Assembly (NCBI GenBank): GCA_965285935.1
Contig: OZ260664.1
Location: 68,200,001 to 68,264,000, forward strand
Length of the DNA stretch: 64,000 bases
DNA from: Ophelia neglecta
Taxonomy: Eukaryota
Direction of reading: 5' to 3'
A program made the position numbers and the translations under genes. The first letter of the stretch is position 1. Each line of letters begins with the position of its first letter. A model generated the notes under the pieces. It did not search any database. It saw nothing but the letters and a program-made list of their open reading frames with translations, and had not been told where the DNA came from. This document shows, piece by piece, positions 27,601-39,471 of this stretch.

Positions 27601-30600
27601 ATAAACAGTTTGGCCTAGTTTATAAAATCAAATTATAAAAGAATAGCAGTAGATTGTCTTATCTTTTATAGCACAATACCCTTTATTCTGGCACATGTTA
27701 TCAGCAGTGTTTCTTTCCCTACAATCTAGGAGTTACTGATCACCTTCACATAAATAGAAGCCAACCCTTTTAAATGTTATACATCGGTTCCCACAAGGAA
27801 GCTAACTGTCCTGTACGCTAGTTCATCGAATGGCTCACTGGGAACTAGCTTGTTAATTAGCTATCGGCTACAAACTAATAATATCTAGTCTACTTCTCAA
27901 TCAAACCAATAGTCGGAATTGTCCTGGATGTATGTAGCTATTATTATTTCTCTCTCACTTTTGATTTTCATCTCAATTCACACTATTGAACTTATCGAAA
28001 TAAAGCTACCCTCCTAGAAGACATTGCTTTACGTACCTAGGACCCCCCTCAATTGTGTTTACAGCATAACGTGGCCATTATTAAAATGTGAAATACATGG
28101 TGCCAGGGCTTCCATGTACAGATGAAAGCAGACCGGCATGCATTGTATCATTCGCGGTCTTCCTATCGCTAGATGCGGAGTTGGTATTCGTTCCTTCATC
28201 CATCTAACTAATAAACTGTTCAAACAACTATCAGCTAATTTAACCCATTTCTTCTGGTCCGAAGCCAAGTAATTTACCCAGTCTTCAGTATGATACAAAC
28301 GCAAGGTACACAGTATTCTGCTGTACATTTAGAATACGCTAGAACCAGCCTGCATATAAAAAACAGATGAATTTCCTTATTAAGGTGAATATTACCACGC
28401 AGTAGTCATCGAAAGTAAGTGGATAAAAGTGTGAATCTGAGACACAACAAGCCTTTAAGTATATCAAACTTCAGGCACGCTTAATTGCAAACAATAAATG
28501 TATCGGTTAATGTGCAGTGGGTGTTAATAAGGAAAATTCTATTTCACGAAAACCTCCTCTGAGCTAAGCGCCCTTGGAGACTCAAGGCGCCTGTCTGTCT
28601 ACACCAATTTGTTTTGGGCATTTGTGATACTTCAAAGCAAGAGCAGGGCTTGAGCTTGAACACAGCCGGCCCTAGATGCAAGCTTTGTTACTATCCAAGA
28701 GTCTATGTCCCATATCCTATTGGAAAAAGACAAAAATACCCCCGTTTCTACTAATATTGATATATATAGGTCATAACACGAAATTATACTCACTGGTATG
28801 GAATATAAACATGAAGTTAATTCATGCACCGAGAGTTTAAACCAGAGCAATGTATTATTAACATAATTACGTGCATTGATGGCTTCAAAAGCAACAGCAC
28901 CTGTAATGTAAGAACATTACTCGTCTAAACCTCATGGTCATAGTCCGCCTTTCCGCGCTGAATATCGCCAAGAAGGACATGTTTTATAAAACCAAAGCAG
29001 CAGTTGAAATACACACCTAAAGGACAAAACATGTTATCGGCTTTTATCTAGTAAATTTGTTTTTCTTTATAACAGCATTCGCGATTCCCCAGTTCGCTCG
29101 TGTAGATTTCAAAACGTTTATCATGTTCAACAGTGTGCGTTCCTTTGTCTAAATTTACCAAAAGATGCTTGGCCAAAATCCAGTGGGCTCAAGATGCGGA
29201 CGGCGACTTTCTTTCTTTGTGATCATGTGCGACTACAAGTAACATTGCTGTACGACCTTCGTGGTAAAGGTCCGCAAATGGTTTGCGTGATCAATTTCTT
29301 TCTTCCAAAGGTTGAGCACATGTACATGCGCTCCTGCCAAACTCTGATAAATCATCATGTTTAACAGGTTTATGTATTCCACTCAAATGAAAGCCTGGCT
29401 GTTGGACCAATATGTTCAAAAATATGCTTTACTTCACATCGCAACTCTTTTATGTAAAGGTGGTTATGCCTGCTAACTCTTAATTTGATGACATATTTGA
29501 TCAAAAGTTTGATAGAAGCCGATAGCTAAATTGTGTATAAATATTGCATGCACAGGGTTATCTTAGGCCATTGCTAAGGCGAAATGTCGCTTACGCATAT
29601 CTTTTGTCTTGTCGTTGTCACTTTTGTTTTGGAAAATGCTCCAATGAGCAATTCCGTGGATTGGTACACTATCTTACGTATACCAAGCAGGGCAAAGGTG
29701 TCTATGTTTTATTTAATATAGACAAGGACTGGTTCTTGTGATAAGCCTGTGCTGTGTGCAAAGTGTAGCAGCTGGCTGTTTTTTCCATCACCAATCGGTA
29801 TTAAAAAGTGAGTACATGTATTATTTCTTATTCCTACAAACTTTATTGCAAATTTCTACAGTTACATTTGCCTCCCCTCTTTCTGCCACTACTGTTTCAG
29901 TTTATATGGTTTAAGCAATATTTACAAACATAGAAATGAAAATGTATTAATATTTTTATACAGAATTTTCTAAAACCTTCGTGTAAGATTGTCTGCCACT
30001 AACATAGTAGCAGTGCGTTGTTTTTATGCCTGGTAATTTCATTGTGTTCAAATGCCATAAACAGAACCATCGAATAGCTTAGAAGGTGGCGACAAGTTGT
30101 TTTAAAACTAAAAGAGAAACGACTTGTCAATACTTATAACGAAAAACAGATGGGGTGTGATAAACAGAAAGATGAACCAGACATATACATAGAAAATAAC
30201 TCTCAACAATATTATGATAATCTATAACACTTCTTTCAGGGAATGAATACCATTACATAGCAATATTCTGATGGAGCCTAATGCTACTTTGGGGCATTGC
30301 AAAGAATTAAACAGGTGTCTGTTTTAATTAAAGTTGCTTCGATTCAAACTGGAAGACAAACTACCTCGAAAAAACTTCAGTTTCCTTAATAGAATTATAT
30401 CCAATGATCTACTAAATTAGCGCCGGTAAGTCTCCTATTATCTTTGACTGGAATCAAATTACAGCCTCGTGATTCGTAGTCCAGGAACTCCCTGGCAGAC
30501 ATCCGATGACATTCCCGGCTCTCTGCCCAAACCATAAAGAAGACAAGGCAGCCAGTACGCATCTAAGGAACTACCACCAACCATTTTACAAGCATAGTGT

Positions 30601-33600
30601 GTTAAAAGAAAGTTTATACACAGTCATACTGCAAAAAACATTGCCTTGTTCTGCATGTATTTCTCATCTGGGGTGATGTATAAAAAGGTAACTCAGTCGA
30701 TGCCATTCATGCCGCCCATATCATACACAAGCATTTATAGCAACAGGGATATACTAGTTTCTTATATTTATACTCATGTTACAGAACGTTTGTGGCTTGC
30801 AACTATAATTGCATCATGAATTTCTATAAATCTGCTCTCCCTTTCTTTATAGTTAGGTAAAGAGTATTGCCCCGGGACTAAAGCTAAATTCCGCTTAAGG
30901 TGGCACATGCGACACTGAATAATACAAACCCCCAGAGATTCATTTAGGTGAATGGACCCAGAAGAAACCAAACCAATTTATTTTTCAATGTATTATCTTC
31001 TCCGCAGAGCAAGGGAATCAAGGGAACCAACATGGGAATTTAGTGTCAAGTGGCTTCACCTTTAAATTGAGTTAAATTACTCAACCATGTTGGTACATGC
31101 AGAACAATGTCCAGACCAGAGTAACTATCCATCCCGGTACATATTAGAGAGATCCTTTGTTAGAGTGCTTTACTGCATACTTTACTTGCTTTGAAATTAT
31201 TTATGTAAACAAATATATTGATCAAAAGTGTGGGTTTAGCCTAGTGATTAAATATTTTAGTCCAGATCATTACTATGAGTGTGTGGCAGATAAACACTCT
31301 TTCTTGGCTTCAAAAATTGTCATACTCTGCAACTGGTGCATTGTTATATTCACTTGCTTCAAATGTTTTCACATTCGTGGATGGTTGAAATAAGGAAATA
31401 TCAAACTCCATAGGAGTAAATCGGCTCTCTGGTTATTTAATGCGAGCATCCGTCATTGCTAAATCTGTGGCCATCAACTCCAGCCTGTCCTTGCCGCATG
31501 AGGAATCACGCCCCTGGTGTGATTTGGGGCTTGGATACATATCTGTCAATGTGATCAACTTATAAAGCGGGACCGTGGGAAAAACGCCGTGGTTGAAATA
31601 TCACTTTGATTTGCCAGTAGTGAAATATGTAGATAGCAGCACCAATGCGCTTCCATGTCTATCTTTAACAGGAGAATGATGCCTCATGATTGATTAATAG
31701 TTGAGGTGGCTTATGCAATGTAATAACTGGAATGGCTTCCCGACAGACAAAGCAGAATCATTAATCACAATAGTCCTTTAAATAGGCCCAAATTCATCCT
31801 AAGTTCTAAAAAGAAGCAATCTATAGTTTTTTTTATGTTATCTTAAGGCTAACCCTAACAAATCATTGACAGTCATAGCCATCATTTTTTTGGTAGAGTA
31901 CAGGATGTACTGGTTTTACAACAGCAGCAAGTTTAATCGCGATGCTACCATGACCGCATTGGTTTCGAAAAAATAATAATAAAGTTGTACTTAGGCAAAA
32001 GTGAGTAACTAGCCCCTGCAACATGTTATATCTCCCCATGCTTCATGTATAATCAAATAGTGGCCTCGTCCATTTATTAGGCCAGTATACAACCGAAAGT
32101 TACAAAATGTCAAAGGCCGCCTACGAAATACGTAGGCCTATCTGATGAATAAATAGTTCAAAATGATTACCACATGATGATATACCAATACCAATAGTAA
32201 CATGTCACATCAATATTAGAATATCGCAATGCAATGGCTCTTTGATTGACTTTACGTTAGAATATTTCAAATGTTTGTTTCTCCCTCCTACACAGCCACA
32301 TCGTTGACCTTCCATGAGCCCGTGTTAACGGATCATTGCGCTATAATAGACATTCAGACTGAGTATTGAAAATAATTCACCGAATGTCACAAGCCTTCAA
32401 ATAACCAAATGACTTTTCTTACCAGCGCTTATGATTGTAGGCCTTTTTAAATGGTCGTGCTATCATTTAAATGCTTCATCTGATCAGTTTATAAATAACC
32501 TAAGACACTTTAGTACGTTTAAGTACGCGTGAAAAGAATAAAGTTATGAGGTAAGCAAAAAATGCATTTCATCTATTGTGGAATATCATGACAAGAACAT
32601 AATGATGGAACAAATAGGTCGATCTGCAGCAAAGTCGGAACTTGTCAAGACAAACTGGTCGGATATTGCTCGGACCGAAGTGAATACAGAAAACTATTTT
32701 GAGTTCGTAAGCGTTGTCTGGACATGTTTTACAAGATGTACAACTCTGTGATTGCTAATATCTCGCTCATATTGCATCCTTAGTTGTTTTGCATGATTCA
32801 CGCCAGAATTTACTTTTGTTACCCAAAATAATACAGCGATTTAAAATGTAAACTGGAAACTTTTTATTGACATTGAACTAAACCCGAATAAGCGCCAATC
32901 GGTGCAATTTAATCTGGAAGCTGTCTAAACTTATGTTATAAAGGAATGCGTTTAGTACGCCGGTCTGTATGTTTTCTTACGACTATGATGGAGTAGATTC
33001 TTTATTTTGCAAGCAACCTAGTATTTACAAATGTATCATTAACGGTTTGTTTCACTCATTTATCATCGGAGATAAAATATCTAGTTCAGCCAGTTGTCTC
33101 AGCCATTTCTTTCATAAATATTTCTTTGGCAAAGCAAGCTATTTTTGTTAACACAACCATCTATGCTCACTGAACTATTGCCATACAAACATCATCAATA
33201 ACGCAGAGTCGACGGTAGAATGCCAGTAGAACATCATTATTAAGCTACCATTTTAATTGCGGCAAGTGTCAAGTAATGTTGAATCAGAGCTTCCATGCAT
33301 CTTTTAAGTTTGCTGTCAGCAGCTAAGATTCATAACCATATCCCTTCAACGAAGATTCCAAATATTTGCCTTGTTCAAGCATGTCTACCCCGTACCATCT
33401 TTAATGTTCACGTTATCGCTTGACAATGCATTCAAGGTAAACAAAATATTCGATGATGTGGGTGTATACGACATATCCAGTACGTAGTTACTTTTGAAAT
33501 TTACTTTTTCCCCATAAACAACTAAAAAAGGCGCCTGCCGCGGACCACCTCCCCCTTCCCTCCTTTTTTCCCTTAAGAGAAGTCACCCATCCTGCAAATA

Positions 33601-36600
33601 TGACACATCGCCTGCTTCAACGTTTGTGAAGGGAATATTAGGGCCATTAGAATATATTAAACATTCAGCAAATTTAGATTGTAAAAATGGAAAGTCAGCA
33701 ATAAGGTAATAGTATATTCTTATCTAAAATATAATAGTAAATATGGCGTGCATTCATTATTTGAAAAACACCATGCCCACTGAAAGGACAGTGTTAAATA
33801 AAAGTCGTTGAAAACAAACATTTCCATGATTAAGTTGTCACATGGTTATATTCGAAAAACTGAAAATTCATAATATGTATTTCCATAAATGCAATTCAAC
33901 TTCTAGCCACATTTGAAGGTTATAACTTTCAAAAATACGCCAATTATCCTCTGGCCCCGTGCGTTATTTCTGAGTAATTATCCGTTTTTACACTAAAGAC
34001 AGTATTATAGTCTTAGTTTATTTGGGGTATGTAATGATTGTGGATATTCTATTCCGACTTAAATTGTTCTTATTGTATTTTGCCTTGCAGGTATTGGCCA
34101 ATTGTATTAGCTGACCACGTGCAATTATTATAGTTGACCGCCATAGCATAACTGTTTCATTGGTACTGTGTGGTCATCGACAGTAGAACAGTGACCTATC
34201 GTCTTCCTTCTTAGTTTCTAGTCTGAAGTATATCAGGCCATATATGTGACTGTTCTGTCTCATATTCTGACAAACTACTGCTGGATTAAGACAATTGTAC
34301 AAGTACACCACACTCACAGACATGGGTCACTAGGTAAAAGAACCTTAATACACAAGGAGAAAGCTTTTTTATTACTATTAATTATACCATAGTAATAAAG
34401 AATAATTGATTTAACCTTTGTAAATTGCCTTTGAAATACTTCCATTGAATGAAGCAGGTTCATTATCACAACGTAAGTCCAAGGACTTAAATCGCCTTAC
34501 TTTTAAGTAAAATTCTAGTCATAACTCGAAATAAATCGCTGTAAGCCAATGAGATGAAGGAGTCAACTTAAAGACCTGGATAAACCTCGGCACTATCCTA
34601 AACCACTGAGCCGGAAACTTGGAATCCCACATAATGAAGACCATAATCTACCAATAGGTGGCGACACGCTGTTAATATAGAAATATTGTTTTGTTCATTT
34701 GGGTTTTTCAGCTAGGGATCATATCAAACGCGAAGAAATTGTTTTGTTTTCTTTATGCTCCTGTGTGCATTTCTACTTCAACAACTTTAGCGTTCTATTT
34801 ATTATTATATTTTACTTGCACGGATGTGCTTTTTCGTAAAAAAAAAGTTGAAAGTAATTTGGCTATATATAAATGCGGATCGCTAAACGTCTCTTACTAT
34901 TGTTTATTAAAATGTAATTTACCCTTGTTATTAGAATAGTGCCTATCAATTAGTATAGTTTCTCATTGAAATAGCTTGTGATTACCCAGCATTTGTCTTG
35001 ATGGCTTACTATCAGGTTGGATGAGAAAGAAGTCAGGCTCATAGGAACTGTGCTTAAGAGCTGGTTTCTCCAGAAGATACCCTCGCTAAAGACGAGTTTT
35101 CTGAGTATTTATTCCTTTTGTTCTGTTCAATGAAAACATTCGTTCGTATTTTTCTTCGTAATTCACTATGTTTCATTTAAGTAAAAAAGGTAAAATCTTA
35201 TCCAATTAATGTATAGGATCTACAGCTGCAGATATTTTGACATTTTCCTGAGGGCAGCCGTTGATGAAGCGATTGCATCCAGCGTATTTGCTGCATTCGT
35301 AAAGATAATACCCTTTAAAGGAAAAAGAATTGGGCAAAGCGTACCTGTGGGCATCTGCCACTTTATATGAGATCGAATATTAAACATCCAGCTCTGCGCC
35401 ATAAAGTATTAAATACAGCCATAACTTTGTAAGTTTCCAAATGACATCGAATGTAAAGACGACGGATATAATTGGGCATTTCAACAAACTATTCTAGAGT
35501 GTTTACCTCCCGTCAAATGACGGCAAAATTACCAGTGCCTTTAGGGATAATTCGAAAAACTGATTTCGCGACAACTTGAACCACCAATAGGCACCCGTGA
35601 CATCGTACCATCCTTGCTTGGTTCGACTAATTTGTCATTTGCATCAGGGGACCTTCAATTTTACAGCAATGCTTCTCCTGCTCGTGTTCCGAGGAATGGA
35701 AACATGGCAGTAGTTCCCAGATCAAGGTTATGCATTAACATTACCCTTTGGTGTATGATGTTCTCAGGGCCTATGATTCGGGACAGAGTACAGGGGCAAA
35801 AGTTTAATTTTGCATTGCAATATTAATTATGAAACATCAATACGATTTCGAAAATTATTTCCGGAGGCGGAGGATTAACTGAATTTATTAAGCGGGCATT
35901 GTCAATAAATTAACAAATAAGTTTTGCGTTTGTACTTGATGGCAAATATTCACAAGCTTCTATACATCCTATATTATATTAGTAATTATTTCTTTGCAAC
36001 AGTGTTATGGCTTTTCAATTACCTTATTTCTTGTATTTTTAGACAACAGCGTCGCATGATCGAGTTATCTTGTCACCAAGGATATAACATATTAACGTGT
36101 CGTCCCCAGACGACTGTCATGAGATTCGTGAGAATTTTAGCAGTAAGCCGTGAGCACGAAATGTAACTCTTGGTATTCTTTTCTCTGTTTTAAACTGTAC
36201 TTCGATAGGAAATCCATCCTGTATCGCTTTATAAAGTAGATACAACCCTTCTAATCGGAAGTTCAATTTGGCTTTGTTATTACCATAATAATAATTTAAT
36301 TGTTTTGATAGAATGGTACTGTTTCACTTTTTAAATCGTTCATCAGAAAAAAAGTGAATGCTTATCAGTAACTATGAAAAATAGAAGCACTATAAATAGA
36401 CGATGTGTTCTTTATATTTGTGTGGAGCTTTTTCCATATATTGGACGCAACAGAGAAAGCCAAATCATTAATTTAGAATGGTCCGTTAATCGGTCCAAAA
36501 CCATTTGCATTGAACATGTGCAGGTAACTCGAAAGTGCATCAATTCCGTTATATAATTATAGCCAAATATCTATTCAACGCATATGCTGATATTTTTAAC

Positions 36601-39261
36601 GGAATTAGATTGTTTCCACGTGTTTCGTTTTGAATGACCGTATTGGCCTGCATTCAAACCTCTCTGCCCTAATTTTAAAAACTCTTGACAAGCTTACTAC
36701 ATTGAACATGGATTTGCCATTAACCATTTTTACAAGCGTAAACCCTTTGTTAAAACTTAACAAAACGGTCAGGATGCGCAGCACTAGCCTTTCAGGGATT
36801 GCTTCTTTTCTGTTCGAAAGTTGTCGTTTATGTCTTACAAAAAATTCCGTTAGTTAACATAATTACAAATTTTATAAACTCAATCAGCTATTAATGAATT
36901 TATGATAACATTCACTTTCACCTTTCAGCAGTCTGCTGTGTCAGTCATAATATTGTATATGGGCAGTGAATAAGATATGCACAGTTCATAGGGATGTAGT
37001 ATATTCACAAAGCAAACATTACTACTTTAATATTTCACGGCTGGCAACTAACGCCCTTGAGATTGCAACTCACAAGAAGTATGGTAGGTGAATTTCATCT
37101 ATAAACAGAACATGACAGTATACTTCTCCAAGCATGCACCTTTCAGCGATCGATGGTCGCTGGAAACAAAACAACCGACTGTTGGCATAAGGAGTTCCAC
37201 AATCCACAATCCTGTCGTTAATATCAGGCTCAAACTACTTTCCTTGAAGCTTACAAAAGCTGCAAAAGATAGTAAAACACAGTTTCCATCTAAATTTTAT
37301 TAATATACTTAATTAGTATTAGACGGCATTAAAGTGATAAACAATCTTTACATCTTACGATCCCTTTATCTTGATCTACTATTCCTGGCAACTGTTTTCC
37401 TTGTCGAGATTTCTTACCCATTGACAACGCTGAGCATTACTAAAATTGAATGTAGGCCAAACCAGTTTATATAGCTATTCATAATTTTTCGATTTTTTTT
37501 TCGCTCAGAGTCTAAAATAGAATGACAATAATTGGCCTATTTATGTTACTTGTAAACAGACTCGTAGTAAGGTAGTACAAATTGGTCATTGCCGAAACAT
37601 AATTTATTGTAAACGTTTTAGAATATTACTTAATCATTTTGGATATGAAAATTGTTGTGTGCAATTTATGATTATGGAAAAAAACGATCGACCGAAATGG
37701 AAATACTGCAACGTAAGGTCACTAATAGTTAAGGCGTAACACACATCATCATACAATTGAAAACCATATATTTTGTCAAATTTCTTTAAATCAAATGCAA
37801 AGCTTTCTATATTGCCGTAGTGAGTAATGCTTGGGAAATTCTGATAGGGAAATCAGGGTGGGTGTACCTTCAAGGAAAAAGATAATTGCTTATAACACTA
37901 GCTATACTAAATACGATTTCTATAAAAAAAAATTCATTTTATCAATCTTTAAGTGATACCCATATCAGGTGTAATGGTCCCCTCGGCATACAGAACATAT
38001 TAGTTCTTTCGTTGTCTATTTTTAAGAGCTTTCCTTCTTTCCAATTTTTTGGGGGTGCCTCCTTAACTTATGTTTTAAGTTATCAGCTACCCCCTTCATG
38101 TTCAACATTTACCTTCGTCTTTTTTATTTCTGTTTTTCATGTAAAGGTCAAACCAAGATATGATGGAATGTCTGAACACGCTAGATATTTAAAGTTACAT
38201 AAAATGAATCGAGTAATATACGATACATTTTCTCAATACTGAAAATAAGCATGTAATGATTTTCTTCGGCACAGTGACTGACTTTTTTTTGTTTTGAGCT
38301 TTTTCCAATTACTGTTTCGATGACCACCAACTCGCATATGAGAATGTTGAGTGGTCTTGTCTATAGAGTAAAGACTGCACTCACTGCAAGTGATTAAATA
38401 AATATTGTCCTTGGTATGCCAAATACCAGCATGAAAAAGACCAAATAATACTTTCTCCAAAAAAATGGATTTAACCCATTTTTAAGTGATACCTAATAAG
38501 AGCTACAATATCCCCTCCAGATAACAAAGATAATGTTTCCCTTGTGATGTGCCTATTTATGGGGAAGTAACCTTTGTTCTTTTTTTATACGGTCTAATTA
38601 TCATTTCAAATATCAATTACCCTTGTCTGCTTTTTTTTAAGTTACGCTCGTTTTTAGTGTAAACTTACCTCTATATGATTTTACCATAAACCATACACAT
38701 ATTCGCGAGAAGTGTCCTTACAATGCATGCTCTGTTTAGTATTTTATTGTGTGATTAGTTTTATATGATACGCAATTTGACCGAATACAATTTCGTGGGT
38801 CGCGATGTGTCAGTTTTTAGACGAAGATAATTGCCGTTACTCTACTGCAGGCACCCATTGTTTACTGATCATGCATGCACCACACGTATAGGTGCCTGCA
38901 TGGCTTTTATAGCTGCCGACATTTAATTCGCAGTATTGAGTACAATTTGATAGGCCTTTCGATTAAATGTAACTGTTTTTAGAGAAATTTGTCGATAAAC
39001 AACCAAATAAGTAATTTATTCTACAGATCAACATCATGAGTTCATCCAACGTATCACTATAATAAGGTTTTGTTCACCCCAATTAGAATTAATAGCAATG
39101 TAACATGTGTATATTGCCGTGTCTCTGTGGCTTATCATTTGTAATTACTGGGCAAATAGTTGTACCATAATTTAATAGTTTGGTCAGCTTCACATGTGCT
39201 AAATTTGAACAAAATATCTAATTTACTAAGCGTAAGCCGTTTACGCAGCACGCTGAAACAA

Positions 39262-39268
39262 TATAAAA
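39262..39268 (+). promoter_or_regulatory. TATA box of the trefoil-protease gene
   Basis: TATAAAA 83 nt upstream of the ATG, with an initiator-like CCATTAC about 25-30 nt downstream. Confidence 0.6.
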
Positions 39269-39344
39269 GCCAAAATAGAATACTATTCCATTACAGAAGA
39301 AAGGGGCAACATCTATTTCGTAAGGTTCGCAGAGAATTGACATT

Positions 39345-39471
39345 ATGATGCCTAACTGTTTGATTACGGTTATCGTATTTCTGACATTAGGAATTTCCAA
39401 CATTGTAATTGGAAGCGAATTCTCTGTTTGGAAGACTATTAGCAAGGAGAGCAGATCATTGACAGAAAATG
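39345..39471 (+). CDS. Protease exon 1: signal peptide
   Basis: [23 protein letters not shown] hydrophobic leader; donor G|GTAAGC at 39472, phase 1; TATAAAA about 80 nt upstream. Confidence 0.85.

Noticed and set aside
28059-28350. - strand segment resembling an RTE LINE tail (W..LASDQKKW) or a small spliced exon
   Set aside because: Too short, with no supporting neighbouring motifs or partner exons.
36542-36853. Repeated AATTCCGTTA / TAACGGAATT 10-mers as possible MITE ends
   Set aside because: Only 10 bp, three copies in mixed orientation and no clear target duplication.
1280-38460. Dozens of 60-130 aa ORFs in the supplied track
   Set aside because: No recognisable domains outside the transposon relics, many non-ATG starts, and lengths expected by chance in non-coding DNA.
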